From: an uncultured Spirochaetota bacterium
GTDB lineage: Bacteria; Spirochaetota; Spirochaetia; SZUA-6; Fen-1364
NCBI GenBank assembly: GCA_963733835.1
Contig: CAVTER010000015.1
Location: forward strand, 561,988-625,987
DNA length: 64,000 nt
Direction of reading: 5' to 3'
The number at the start of each line of letters is the position of its first letter. The first letter of the stretch is position 1. The translations under genes were made by a program, and so were the position numbers. The notes below the pieces were generated by a model. The model saw only the letters and a program-made list of their open reading frames with translations, did not search any database and was not told the DNA's origin. Shown here one piece after another: positions 21,660 through 35,988 of the stretch.

Positions 21660-22608
21660 GCGCCGTCTCGTAGGCGTGCACGATCTTGCGCACCAGGGGG
21701 TTCCGCACGACGTCCTGCTCCTCGAAGAAGGTGAAGCTGATCTCGCGGATGGGACGAAGGATGGGTATGACCGACAGCAGGCCCGAATCGGACTTGCGGG
21801 GCAGGTCGATCTGCGTGATGTCTCCCGTGACCACGGTCGTCGAGCTCTCCCCGATGCGGGTCAGGAACATCTTCATCTGCTCGCGCGTCGTGTTCTGCGC
21901 CTCGTCCAGGATGATGAACGCCCCCGACAGCGTCCGTCCCCGCATGTAGGCGAGTGGCGCGATCTCCAGGATGCCGTTCTCCTCCAACCGGCGCACCGTC
22001 TCGCCGGGCACCAGAGACTCGATCGCGTCGTGCAGCGGCCGCAGGTAGGGGTCGATCTTCTGGGCCAGGTCGCCGGGGAGGAATCCCAGGCTTTCCCCCG
22101 CCTCCACCACGGGGCGGGTGATGATCAGCTTGCGCCGCCCCTGGGTGAGCACCTGCCGCAGCGCCTGGGCCACGGCAAGGTAGGTCTTGCCGGTGCCGCG
22201 CCGGCCCCACGCCGAAGCACAGCTCGGACCTCTCGATCGCCTGCAGGTAGACGGCCTGGTTGTAGGTGCGGGGGTAGACGGATCGGTAGCCGTTGGGAAT
22301 TGCGACGACGGTCTGCTTGAGCAGCTCGGCGCGCCCCGCGTCGCCCCCCGAGAGCGAGCCGTGGATCGAGCGGATCAGGTCGGGGCCGGGCAGCTGCCCC
22401 AGGCGGATGTGGTCCTCCATCTGGCGCAGCAGGAGAGTGAAGGTGCGGCCCGTGTCCCCGTCGCCGGAATCGAGCATGATCTCGTTTCCCCGCGAGAACA
22501 CGCGCGCCCCGAGCAGCTCCTCGATGATGCGAAGGTTCCCGTCGTTTGCCCCGCAGATCTCGGGCAGGATGGACTGATCGCTCACCACGACGGTCAGTGG
22601 TTTCTCCA
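21649..22608 (-). CDS. phoH: PhoH-like ATPase; frameshift in the Walker A region (~22185)
   Basis: N-part MEKPLTVVV… in one frame. Walker A reads GVGPA|RHRQ instead of [16 protein letters not shown], then continues in ORF 21649-22173. A single extra base is present. Confidence 0.8.
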
Positions 22609-22653
22609 TGCAGCTCACGTGGCTTTCATGGTAGTGCCTTTGCCCTGCATCCG

Positions 22654-25600
22654 TCAACACGGGGCGGCGCGGCGCCGCCCCCTCAGCCGCGCAGGTTGAG
22701 GCCGGTCGTGTCCTGGTGCACGCGGCTCTTGATCTCGGGGACCGGCGAGCCATTGCACCAGGATCGAGAAAGTAGGGGTCCACTGGTACTGGCGCTGGCC
22801 ACTGGCGAGGGTCACCAGCTGCGGGGTTCCCTGGTACTCGAAGGTGAGGTCCCAGTCGTGCAGGTGGTGCACCGCCTTGACAGCGAGGCTGCGGATCTTG
22901 AATCCCGACTTGTACCTGTCGGAGATGTTCCAGAAGTTGTACGAGGCCAGCAGGTCCGTGAGAGGGTTCACCCAGGTCTCCCCCACGGCCTCGGGCCAGC
23001 CCGGGATGTACCTGTAGGTCTTGCCGTTGCTCGACACGGATGTGAAGCTCAGCTCCAGCAGCCTGCTGACAGTGAGACCGAGCCTCAGCGAGAAGTCGAA
23101 CATGCTGTCCGTGTAGCGCTGCAGGTTCACGTTCCACGCCGTGCTCACCGTCGAGTCGAGGCGGATCCGATCCTTCCACCCCCAGCGCGGCACAGCCGTC
23201 GGCGCCCAGGCCAGCCGCAGCGTGGAGGGCAGCAGGACCTTGTCGGTGCCGGTCGTCTTCCACTGGTAGGCTCCCCCGTCCCACGCCACGGGCAGCAGCC
23301 GCTCGGCGGTGAATGCCGCCGTCGCCCCCCACCCGGAGAGCTGCGTCACCGACCTGTCCAGCCCCGGCGAGGCGGGGTCGGAGAGAAACTGCAGGTCCTC
23401 GCTGACCGTGACCAGCCCGCCCAGGAGCAGCGACGAGGAGAGGCTGAGCGGCTGGGCCTGCAGCACCCCGGCGGTCTCCTTCACACCCCCCTGCGCGCGG
23501 GCCTTCCAGGCACCCACGCCGAATGCAAGCTGGGCGGAGCCGACGGTTGCCAGCGGAGGCAGCTGCAGCGCCAGGGACAGCGTGTCGGTCTGGCCGAAGG
23601 CTGCGAGCTGGATCGTCGACTGCAGCGAATGCTCGGGCACCGTGGCCTGGTCCCACGTGAACACCGTCGGGGTGAACACGGGGGCGGCAACCGTCCCCGT
23701 GAAACCAAGCTGGTACAGCCTCCAGCCGAGCCGATACGACAGCGAGGAGCCCGCCATCGGGGCCACCGATTGCAGGGGGCGCAGCGTCGCGGCAAGGGTG
23801 GTGCGAAGCTCGAACCTGTCCTGCTGGTAGTCGCGCAGGAGCAGACCCTGCCAGTCGGGGGGAGTCACAGCCGACGGGTCGAAGCGGAGGCGGTAGTTTC
23901 CGTCGGCGCTGAGCGCCGCGGAGACCTCGGCCTGCCTGTCCAGCAGGAGGGCGGTGCCCGTCAGGCTCGAGGTGCCCCCCGTCTCAAGGGTCCTGTAGAG
24001 AATGGAGCTGTCCACGTCTTCCTTCGTGGTCCACGCCCTGCTGTCGAAGGTGTGCTCCAGGTTGGCGCGGGGCTGGACCTGGTAGGACAAGGTCAGCGTG
24101 GATTCCCCGGCCGCCGCGCTCACGGCGAGGTCCGCCTTCCGCGCTGGTTCGCGGACCGCGAAATCTCCCTGCGTCTCCACGTCCGGCGGGGACGGCTCCT
24201 GCGGGTACGGGGGACGGAGCTCCGCCGAGTTGGCCCCTGCCGCAGCAGCCCCTGCCGTCACGGCACCGGGCTTCTCTCCCGGCGGCTGTGGGCCGGCCGC
24301 CCCCGCGGGCGGCTGAGCCCCAACGGCGGCCGCGGCCGCCGGCCGTTTCGACAGGTCGAGCTTCAGAATGTCTCCAGAGAACGAGACAGAGGCGGTGGGC
24401 AGGGTCACGCTGGACGGGTAGTAGAACGTCTTGCCGGGGTCCCAGTACTCGGGCTGGGTGTACACGTAGGGCGCATCCCTGCTCTGCCAGGCCACCTTCG
24501 CGTTGAGGGTCGGCATGGTGAGGTTCACGCGCCGGAGGGCAGGCCCAGCAGCCTGCCCAGGTCCACGCTGCCGGCCAGGTCCCACGCCAGGGTCGTCTTC
24601 TTCGCGACCGTGGCCGCGGCGGCCGTCGGCGTGGTGAGGACGTCAGTGAGCGCGAGCCCCTCTGTCCTGTTGAAGTAGTCGCTGGTGAAGGACGGGTCGG
24701 AATAGTACTCGAACCGCCCGCTCAGCGAGTACCCCGTCCCTGCCTGCTTGATGGTGCCTTCCATCCCGAAGCGCATCGGGAGGGAGACCCCGCCGAAGCT
24801 CGAGCTGTTCCAATAGCTCTCTCCCTCCCAGAACTGGGACCAGGTCGTGGAAGTCGAGTTGGACGTGCTGTTGCCGAAGAGGCTGCGGCTCACCCCGATG
24901 CCGGCCTTGAAGCTGGCAAGGGGGGGAAACTCGCCTTCCAGCCCGGCAAGGATACCCAGGCGGGAGTAGGCATCCAGCAGCAGCTTCAACGTGTTCCCTT
25001 TCTGCGGGGCGGTTCCCTGGCCGCTCACTTTGCGCAGGAACAGCCCGTGCAGCTCGAGGGCGTAGTCCGTCGCACCCGCCTCCTCGAGCTTCAGGAAAGA
25101 CAGGGGGTTATCCTGCTCCTTCTCCTTGCGGCCGAGGAGGTACGTCGTGGTCTGCACGTAGGTCCCCTCCCGCTCCCGGTAGCCCAGCGCGGGGTTGAAG
25201 AACATGCTGTCGCCCGGCCAGAAGAAGACGGGCAGGTACAGCAGGGGCACCCGGCCAACGTACAGGACCGCGCTCTGGATGGCCCATTCGCCCGGGGCGA
25301 GGATCCACACCTTGCGGGCGCGGATCTGGTAGTGGGGGTCGGCAGGCTCGTCGCAGCTGGAGAAGCTCCCGTTCTCCATCACGACGGTGTCGTTGGCCAG
25401 GCGCGAGATCGTCTCGCCGGTGAAGAAGTAGGTGACGGCGACCCCGTTGCGGGAGGAGGTCTTCGAGCTGCGGCCGTCGTAGAACACGGCCTCGGAGGTC
25501 TCCATGTCGAAGGACAGGCTCGCTCCCTCGAAGTTCTCCGTCTTCCCCCCCCTGGTGAGCGAGTAGCTCACCCCGCCGTCGGCCGTCACGACGCCCAGGG

Positions 25601-26068
25601 TCTGGTTGTACAGGATGCGCGACGCGCGGATGGAATGCACCGCGCCGGTCTCCCCGTCGCGGACCTCCACCACCACGTCGCCCGTCAGGGTCACGTACTT
25701 CTCGTCGATGTCGGAAATGGTGAAGTACTGCGACTCCCTCGCGGAGCGCACCGTGACCGTCCTTCGGGGAGCAGGCCCGGGCTTCGGCAGCTCGACCTTC
25801 AGGGCCGCCGCAAGCCTCTGCTGCAGCTCCGTGCGGCTCCCTGCCTCGTCGAGGCCCAGCGTGCGGCACCAGGCGACAAGCTCGTAGTAGCTCGCCGATG
25901 CGATGTCCGAGGCCAGCGTGGCGGCGGCGAGCTCCCCGGCGGCCGTCGGGGCCTCCCCGACCGTCGGGGCCTCCTCGACCGTCGGGGCTGCGGCGCCGAC
26001 GGCGGCTCCTCCGCCCAGGCAGCAGGCACCAGGAGCAGCAGCATCGCGGCGAGCAGGGCGGCTGTCAC
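22654..26068 (-). CDS. lptD: LPS-assembly outer-membrane protein LptD-like (large), frameshifts ~26020 and ~24560
   Basis: GTG start overlapping the uvrA stop (GTGA), signal peptide [15 protein letters not shown](E/G)E repeats and a SAP-like helix ([30 protein letters not shown]). An OstA-like domain with the [20 protein letters not shown] motif is followed by a long beta-rich C-half ending …[10 protein letters not shown]. Confidence 0.6.
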
Positions 26069-28916
26069 GCGGGGGGCGCCCCCTTCCCGTTTCGCAGCGC
26101 CTTTCGCAGGTATCGGCCCGTGTACGACCGCTCGGCGCGCGCCACCTGCTCGGGGGTGCCCTCGGCCACGATCCTCCCCGCCCCCGTCGCCGCCCTCGGG
26201 CCCGAGGTCGATCACCCAGTCGGCGCACTTGATCACGTCGAGGTTGTGCTCGATCAGCACCACGGTGTTGCCGTTGTCCACGAGGCAGCTGCAGCACCTC
26301 CATGAGCTTCTTCACGTCGGCGAAGTGCAGCCCCGTGGTGGGCTCGTCCAGGATGTAGAAGGTGCGCCCCGTGCTGCGCCGCGAGAGCTCGAGGGACAGC
26401 TTGACCCGCTGCGCCTCCCCGCCCGAGAGGGTCAGCGCGGACTGGCCGAGCTTGACGTAGCCCAGGCCGACCTCCGACAGGGTCTTCAGCTTCCCCGCGA
26501 TCGGGGGGATCGCACGGAAGAAGGCGAGGCCCTCCTCGACCGTCATTTCGAGGACCTCGTGGATGTTCCTGCCCTTGTACCGCACCTCCAGGGTCTCGCG
26601 GTTGTAGCGCCTGCCCTTGCAGACGTCGCAGGTGATGTACACGTCGGGCAGGAAGTGCATCTCGATGCGGATGGTGCCGGCCCCGTCGCAGTTCTCGCAC
26701 CTGCCGCCCTTCACGTTGAAGGAGAACCGCCCCGACTTGTAGCCCCGCGCGCGATTCGGGCAGCTGGGCGTAGAGCGTCGCGCAGCGGGGCGAACATGCC
26801 GACGTAGGTGGCAGGGTTCGAGCGGGGCGTGCGGCCGATGGCGGCCTGGTCGATGTTGATGACCTTGTCGATCTGCTCTGCGCCCTCCAGGCCCGCGAAG
26901 CTGCCCTCGGGCAGGCGGCTGCGCATGATCCTGTTGGAGAGAGCCGGGAACAGGAGGTCCGAGAGCAGCGTCGACTTGCCCGACCCCGACACGCCCGTGA
27001 TCGCTGTGAGCGTCCCCAGCGGGAAGCGCACGTCGATGCCCTTGAGGTTGTGCTCCGCCGCCCCGCGCAGGGTGAGCCAGCTCCCGCTGCCCGGCCTTCG
27101 CGCGGCGGGCTTGGGGATCGCGAGACTTCCGCAGAGGAACTGACCGGTGAGCGACTTCGGGTTCGCCGCGACCTCCTCGGGCGTGCCCTCCGCCACCACG
27201 TGGCCCCCGTGCACGCCGGCCCCCGGGCCCAGGTCGACGATGTGGTCGGCGGTGCGCAGCGTCTGCTCGTCGTGCTCCACGACGATCAGCGTGTTGCCCG
27301 CGTCGCGCAGGCGCGTGAGGGTCTCGATCAGCATGGCGTTGTCGCGCTGGTGCAGCCCGATGGTCGGCTCGTCGAGGATGTACAGCACGCCGACCAGGGA
27401 CGAGCCGATCTGCGTGGCCAGGCGGATGCGCTGCGCCTCGCCGCCCGAGAGCGTGGACGCCTTCCGCTCCAGGGTGACGTACGACGAGCCCGACGTTGCG
27501 CAGGAACGCCAGGCGGGACTGGATCTCCTCAGGACCTGGCGCGCGATCTTCTGTGCCGTCGGCTCCAGTGCAAGCCCGTCGAGGAAGGCGAGCCCCTCGT
27601 CCACCGACAGCCGGGCCAGGTCGTGGATGTTCTTCCCGCCCACGGTGACGGCGAGCACCTCCGGCTTCAGTCGCTTCCCGCCGCAGGCAGCGCAGACCGT
27701 CTGCGTCATGAACCCTTCCAGCCACTCCTTCACCTGCTCGGAGCTGGACTCCAGGTAGCGGCGCTTCAGCTCGTTCAGCACCCCGCGGAAGCCCGACTCG
27801 TATTCCCACTTTCCCCGCCCGTCCCTGCTCACGTAGCGGAAGTCGATCTTCTCGCTCGTGCCGTTGAGCAGCGCCTCGAGAACTCCCGGGGGAAGGTCGC
27901 CCAGGGGCGTGTCGAGAGTGAAGCCGAAATGACGGGCGAGGGCCTCGAACTGGCTGCGGTACCAGTTGGCCTGCGGGTTGTAGGGCGCTATCCCGCCCTC
28001 GTTGAACGACAGGCCGAGGTCGGGGATGACGAGGTCGGGGTCGAAGTCGAGCGTCATGCCCAGCCCCGTGCACGAGGGGCAGGCCCCGAAGGGGTTGTTG
28101 AACGAGAACAGGCGCGGCTGCAACTCGGGCACGCTGATGCCGCAGACGGGGCAGCTGCTCTTCTGGGAGAACAGCAGCTCACGCTCTCCTTCCCTGTCTT
28201 TCACGAGCGCGACGAGAGTTCCGCCGGACGACGTCCAGGGCAGCCTCGACGGATTCGGAGAGGCGCCTGCGCAGCGTCGGGGGCCACGGTGAGCCGGTCC
28301 ACCACGACCTCGATGGAGTGCGTGCGCTTCTTGTCGAGGCTGATGGGCTCGTCGAGCGTCCGCACCTCGCCGTCCACGCGCACACGCACGTAGCCCAGCC
28401 GGCGCGCGTCGTCGAGGACCTTCTGGTGCTCGCCCTTCTTCCCGACCACGACGGGGGCGAGAAGCGAGAGCTTCGTCCCGGCCGGTAGCACGAGCAGCGC
28501 ATCGACGATCTGGTCGACCGACTGCTCCTGGATCTCCCTGCCGCACTGCGGGCAGTGCGGGATGCCCACCCGGGCGAACAGGAGACGCAGGTAGTCGTAG
28601 ATCTCGGTCACCGTGCCCACGGTGGAGCGCGGGTTCCTGTGCGTCGTCTTCTGCTCGATCGCGATGGCGGGCGACAGCCCCTCGATGGAGTCGACGTCGG
28701 GCTTGTCCAGCCTGCCGAGGAACTGCCGCGCGTAGGCCGAGAGCGACTCCACGTAGCGCCGCTGACCCTCGGCGAAGACGTGTCGAACGCGAGGGACGAC
28801 TTGCCCGATCCGCTGAGCCCCGACACCACGACCAGGGCGTCGCGCGGGATCTCGAGGTCGATGTTCTTGAGATTGTGCTCGCGGGCTCCCCGGATGATGA
28901 TGCTCTTCACGCGCAC
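26065..28916 (-). CDS. uvrA: Excinuclease ABC subunit UvrA; at least 5 frameshifts
   Basis: N-terminus [46 protein letters not shown], zinc-finger blocks, both ABC modules, C-terminus [10 protein letters not shown]… The sequence spreads over 6 ORFs in alternating frames. The reconstructed stop is at 26065. Confidence 0.85.
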
Positions 28917-29034
28917 GCTCCCGTCGAACGGGCGCGCGGCAGCCGCACGGGGAGTGGCACCTGCTGGGGGTCCGCGCTGTTCATCGCGCCATAGTAGCGG
29001 CGGGGACTGGCCGTGTCAGCCCCATCGAACACCG

Positions 29035-31371
<2,337 letters not shown>

Positions 31372-31379
<8 letters not shown>

Positions 31380-32277
31380 GGCGCAGCTCCCTGATGATCC
31401 GCCTGTAGCTTTCCAGCCGGTCGACGTGGATCTCGCCCCGGTCGGCCGCCGCCGCAACGGCGCAGCCGGGCTCCCCATCGTGCAGGCACGAGGGATGGCG
31501 GCACCGCGGCACGTGCCCGGCAAAGTCGCGGAAGTGCCCGGCCACCTCGGCGGGCACGATGTCCGCGAGCTCCAGCTCGCGGATGCCGGGCGTGTCGATG
31601 ATCCGCAGCCCCCGCGCAAGGAGCAGGAGCGCCGGGTAGTTTGTCGTGTGGTTTCCCCGGTCGTGCTTCACGGAGATGTTCCCGACCCTCTGCCCAAGGC
31701 CCGGCTCGAGCGCGTTGAGGAGGGAGGACTTGCCGACGCCCGACTGCCCCACGAAGACCGCCGTCGTGCCCGCGAGCCGGCCGGCCAGCGCGTCGATGCC
31801 GTCGCCCGTCCGCGCAGAGCAGCGCAGAACCTCGTACCCCATGTCCCTGTAGTGGTCGAGCCTCTCCTCGACCTCGGGCCCCGGCCCCAGGTCCTCCTTG
31901 TTCAGGAGGATCACGGGGACCATGCCGCCCGCCTCGGCGGCCACGATCAGCCTGTCGATGAACCGGGGGCGAAACGGGGGCGAGGCAGGCGAGGTCACGC
32001 ACACGGCGACCTGTGCGTTGGCCGCGAGGGCCTGGGGCGCCCTGCCCTTCTTGTTCCACCGTTCGAGCACCGTGCTGCGGGCAAGCAGGCGCACGATCCG
32101 TCCCTCGCGGCAGCTGAGCGCGTCGGGTTCGAACTCGACGGTGTCGCCCGCCGCGATGGGGTTCCACGCGCGGGCGTCGGCGCGCAGGACCTTTCCCTTT
32201 ATGCGGCACTGCACCCGGCGGCCGCCGGCGAGCACCGTGTAGATGGAATGCATGCCGAAGAGCACCTCGCCCGTCAT
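31372..32277 (-). CDS. rsgA: Ribosome small-subunit-dependent GTPase A
   Basis: 301 aa. Circularly permuted GTPase motifs (LLNKEDL, GQSGVGKSSLLNAL, DTPG) and a C-terminal zinc-binding Cys/His cluster. Confidence 0.85.
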
Positions 32278-33086
32278 GGCAGGAGACCGCCGAACTCCAG
32301 CCCGAAGCGCGCCGCCCACATCCTGTAGCGCTCCTCGACGGGTTGCTCCCCCGTCACGTACAGGACGCCCCCTGCCCGTTGCCCAACGTCCGGCTCCGCT
32401 CCCCCAGTCGGGGCAGCCTGCGCCGCGAGCATCCGCACCGCCTGCCGCGCCACCCCTTCGAGGGAGTCGATCACCGCGATGCCCCGTTCCGAGAGCACCT
32501 CGAGGAACTCGCCCTGCAGGTGCAGGAAGTGCGTGCAGCCCAGCACGAGGGTGTCGATCCCCGTGAACCGGGCAGCCTCCTCCTGCACGCGTGCCAGGCG
32601 CCCTGCCCGCGTGGAGCCCGGCAGCTCCCGTTCCACGTAGTCCACAAGGCCGGCCGCGGGCAGGCCCACCACCGTGCAGCCATCGGCAAAGCGGGAGACC
32701 AGCTGGCGCAGGTACTTTCCCTCGACGGTTCGCTGCGTGGCGAGGATCCCGAAGCGGCGTCCTCTCGAGGCCGCCGCAGCGGGCTTGACCGCCGGAACAA
32801 CGCCGACGAAAGGGATCGGGAACGCCGCCCGCAGCCGCTCCAGCGCGACGACCGAGGCGGTGTTGCACGCCACGACGACCAGCGCGGGGTCTTCAGCTTC
32901 GATGAGCCGCCCGGCCGCCGACTGGACGGCAGCGACGATCGTCGCGCGCGGCTTGCCGCCGTATGGGAAGTTCTCCCGGTCGGCGAGGTAGACGCAGCGA
33001 GTGTTCGGGGCGAGCTCACGCGTGCGTGCCAGGTAGGGCAGCCCCCCGATGCCGGAGTCGAGGAAGGCGACGGTCCTACGGCTCAT
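32274..33086 (-). CDS. murI: Glutamate racemase
   Basis: 270 aa. FDSGIGGL-like N-terminus (FLDSGIGGLPY) and catalytic Cys motifs (VVACNTAS, LGCTHF). Confidence 0.88.
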   Translation of the reverse strand: MSRRTVAFLDSGIGGLPYLARTRELAPNTRCVYLADRENFPYGGKPRATIVAAVQSAAGRLIEAEDPALVVVACNTASVVALERLRAAFPIPFVGVVPAVKPAAAASRGRRFGILATQRTVEGKYLRQLVSRFADGCTVVGLPAAGLVDYVERELPGSTRAGRLARVQEEAARFTGIDTLVLGCTHFLHLQGEFLEVLSERGIAVIDSLEGVARQAVRMLAAQAAPTGGAEPDVGQRAGGVLYVTGEQPVEERYRMWAARFGLEFGGLLP

Positions 33087-33381
33087 TCCCGAACAGCGCG
33101 TCCAGCTTCTTCTTCGCGTCGCTCGCGGCTCCCGTCCGGCGGGCCGCCTGTCCGGCGGCGGGCGCGCCGGCCCGGAAGGAGAAGAACGTGCAGAATGTGC
33201 GCCTCTCCTTGTCCGTCACCTGCTCCTCGACACTCTCCGCGCAGTCCCAGTGGGAGCCGGGGCTGTAGAACCTGCAGTTCCTGCAGACCTTCAGGTCCCG
33301 GCGGCACGAGGCGCAGGTGGAGTCGCGGAACACGGCGCGCGGGTCCTCGACCGGCGTGCCGCAGAAGTGACAGGCGAACAT
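33076..33381 (-). CDS. Small zinc-ribbon / Cys-rich protein, hypothetical
   Basis: About 101 aa with CHFCG…CASC…CRNC…C spacing. First gene of the murI-rsgA-mutS2 string. Confidence 0.4.
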   Translation of the reverse strand: MFACHFCGTPVEDPRAVFRDSTCASCRRDLKVCRNCRFYSPGSHWDCAESVEEQVTDKERRTFCTFFSFRAGAPAAGQAARRTGAASDAKKKLDALFGNEP

Positions 33382-33474
33382 GGGGTCAGGATACCCCAAT
33401 TCCGCGCCGGGGAACAGGCCCCGCGCCGGGTCGGCCCGTTGCGCCGGGCACGGCTTCGATTGTAGCGTGCGGCC

Positions 33475-34089
33475 ATGTTCACGGAGCTGCCCTGTCCCGT
33501 CCCGGGCTGCGACGGACGCCTTGTCACAGGCCTCGGCACCTGCGCCGCGCACCTGGCCGACGCCGGCGAACCCGGGCGGGTCCTCCTGGAGGCTGCCGCG
33601 GGGGCTGGACTGCGCGATGCGTTCATGGGGGGAGTCCGGCTCGCAGGGCTGGACCTCGCGGGTCTCGCCGTCTCGGGGTGCGACTTCAGCGGCGCGCGCT
33701 TCGAGCGGGTGATCCTCCGGGGAGCGACACTCGGCCTGTGCTTCTTCGACGGGGCGGAGTTCCTCGACTGCGACTTCAGCGGCTCGACGATCCAGAGCTG
33801 CGTGCTTGCCGGTTGCCTGCTGGAGCGTTGTCGTTTGGAGGACTGCGAGATCGTGCAGTGCAACCTCCTGGGCGCGCGGTGCACCGAGGTGCGCTTCGAC
33901 CATTCCAACCTGTACGATACCCGCTTCACCGGCTCGCTGCTGCGGGTGGTGAGCGCCCGCGACTGCAACCTGACCCGGGCGCGCTTCGACGCGGCGCACC
34001 TCGGGTCGGTGGATTTCAGGGCCTCCAACACCAACCAGGCCGTGTTCGTCGACCCCCGGGACGAGCGGCAGAACGGCGCCCGCGCGTGA
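33475..34089 (+). CDS. Pentapeptide-repeat protein
   Basis: 204 aa with repeated A(D/N)(L/F)xx-type pentapeptides (CDFSGARFERVILRGATLGLCFFDGAEFLDCDFSGS…). Confidence 0.7.
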   Translation: MFTELPCPVPGCDGRLVTGLGTCAAHLADAGEPGRVLLEAAAGAGLRDAFMGGVRLAGLDLAGLAVSGCDFSGARFERVILRGATLGLCFFDGAEFLDCDFSGSTIQSCVLAGCLLERCRLEDCEIVQCNLLGARCTEVRFDHSNLYDTRFTGSLLRVVSARDCNLTRARFDAAHLGSVDFRASNTNQAVFVDPRDERQNGARA

Positions 34090-34655
34090 GGTTCTTCTCG
34101 CTTTTCTCGCCGGTCGGCTTCTCGAACTCGTACCTCATCGGTCCCGACGGGGGTGGAGACGCCCTGCTCGTCGACCCGGGCGCATTCGGCGCGCAGCTTC
34201 TGCAGGCCGTGGAGGGACACGGCCTGTACGTGCGGACAATCTTCCTCACGCACGCCCACGATTCGCACGTCCACGCCGTGCGGAGCCTGCTCAAGGTCTA
34301 CCGGGCGACAGTCTACAGCAACCAGCCCAGTGTCCTGGACTTCCCGGCCCGGCACGTCGGCGACGGGGAAGAGGTGTCTGCCGGGGGCTTCACCGTGCGC
34401 GTCCTCGAGGTCCCCGGCCACTCCATCGACTCCGTCTGCTTCCTCGTGGGGTCGATGCTCTTCACCGGCGACGCGCTGAGCGCCGGTGCCGTGGGAAGCA
34501 CGCGGACGGGGTACGCGCGGGGGGTTCTCCTGTCGTCGATCAGGAAGAAGATCCTGTCGCTGCCCGACTCGACGCTCGTGTTCCCGGGCCACGGGCCGCC
34601 GTCCCGGGTCGGCATCGAGCGCAGGTACAATCCCTACCTCGGCGACAGGCTCTGA
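34086..34655 (+). CDS. MBL-fold metallo-hydrolase (glyoxalase-II-like)
   Basis: THAHDSH metal-binding motif and downstream His/Asp ligands. GTG start in frame within ORF 32343-34655. Confidence 0.65.
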   Translation: MRFFSLFSPVGFSNSYLIGPDGGGDALLVDPGAFGAQLLQAVEGHGLYVRTIFLTHAHDSHVHAVRSLLKVYRATVYSNQPSVLDFPARHVGDGEEVSAGGFTVRVLEVPGHSIDSVCFLVGSMLFTGDALSAGAVGSTRTGYARGVLLSSIRKKILSLPDSTLVFPGHGPPSRVGIERRYNPYLGDRL

Positions 34656-35570
34656 AGCTCTCTCAGGACGCCGCGGAATCGCGGGGGGAGCGGGGCCTCG
34701 AAGACCCGCGCCGCCGCCTCCCCCGGGCAGCACGATCTCGAGCGCCCGGGCGTGGAGCATCAGCCCGACGGCGGGAAAGCGCTCATCCGGGTGTCCGTAC
34801 AGCGGGTCGCCGAGGACCGGCGCCCGCAGGTGGCGCATGTGCACGCGCAGCTGGTGAGTGCGTCCCGTGCGCGGCCGCAGCGAGACCAGCGAGTAGCCGG
34901 GGTACTCCCGCAGCACGCGGTAGAAAGTGACTGCCAGCCGGCCGCCCGTCCGCACACAGGCGAAGCGCTTCCTGTCGCGGGGGTGGCGGCCCAGCAGTGT
35001 CTCGATCCGGCCCGACGGGGACGGCAGCTTCCCTTTCACAATGGCGATGTACCGCTTCTTCGCCGTGCGCGCCCGGAACTGGGCTGCCAGGTGTTCGAGG
35101 GCGCGCGGGTTCTTCGCCACGACGATGACGCCCGAGGTGTCCTTGTCCAGCCTGTGGACGATGCCGGGCCGCGCCTCGCCGGCGCCGAAGGCCTCGGCAA
35201 GCCCCGCGCAGTGCCCCAGCACCGCGTTCACGAGGGTCCCCGACCAGTTGCCGCTGCCGGGGTGCACCACCATGCCCTGGGGCTTGTCGATGACGAGGGC
35301 CTCGGCATCCTCGTACAGGATGGAAAGGGGGATCTCCTCGGCCGCGAGGGAGAGGGGCGGGGCATCGGACCATGTCACCCGCACGGCGTCGCCCGGCTTC
35401 AGCCTCCGGCCGAGTCGGGCTGCCTGGCCGTTCACCTCGGCCGCCACCACCCGTGCCCGGACCTGGCTGCGCGAGAACAACCCCATGCGGTCGGCGATGA
35501 ACACGTCCAGCCGGACCCCGGGGGGATCCTCGTCCCCCACCACGGCCTCAGCGGCGTGCGTGCTGCTCAT
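34634..35570 (-). CDS. rluD: RluA/RluD-family pseudouridine synthase; probable C-terminal frameshift at a G5 run (~34700)
   Basis: S4-like N-terminus followed by the catalytic HRLDKDTSG motif. With one G deleted in cccggggga, the C-terminus reads …FEAPLPPRFRGVLRELQSLSPR* and ends at 34634. Confidence 0.7.
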
Positions 35571-35988
35571 TGATGCGGCCGATCACCCAGTCGACACCGG
35601 CAATCAGGAGCGAGGCGGACAGCGACGAGACCACGAGCCAGGTCTTCTCGTTGGTGCTGTACTGCTGCGTGCTGCCGGGGCGGAACGGCCAGGGGGCGTA
35701 GGAGGGGTCAAGGCCGCTCGCCACGAAGCGGTACGTGTCGTAGGCCTCGAAGGTGAAGAACATGGAAAACGGGACCGATCCGATGAAGATGATCTCGGCC
35801 CTGCGCAGGCTGCGCACCCACGGGGGAAACTCATCCGTCCCGTACGGGGTGGGTGTGCGCTCGTCGGCCAGCAGCGACGCGCGCACGGCGGCTGACCAGT
35901 CCCAGCGCTCGTCGGCGCGGACAGGCCTGGCGGCGCATGCAAGGAGGCAGGCAAGGACCGCGGCCCCCGCCGTTCGCCAGGACCTCAC
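35548..35988 (-). CDS. Secreted hypothetical protein
   Basis: 146 aa, signal peptide (AAVLACLLACAARPVRA), no recognisable domain. Confidence 0.4.
   Translation of the reverse strand: MRSWRTAGAAVLACLLACAARPVRADERWDWSAAVRASLLADERTPTPYGTDEFPPWVRSLRRAEIIFIGSVPFSMFFTFEAYDTYRFVASGLDPSYAPWPFRPGSTQQYSTNEKTWLVVSSLSASLLIAGVDWVIGRINEQHARR

Noticed and set aside
26065-28916. Interpreting the heavily disrupted uvrA, mutS2 and phoH as genuine pseudogenes (a mutator lineage), or as programmed frameshifting
   Set aside because: Frameshifts are single-base and sit at homopolymers. They are spread over many unrelated genes, including ones under strong purifying selection, and each gene retains intact motifs and termini. 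Assembly error is the more economical explanation, but it cannot be proven without reads.
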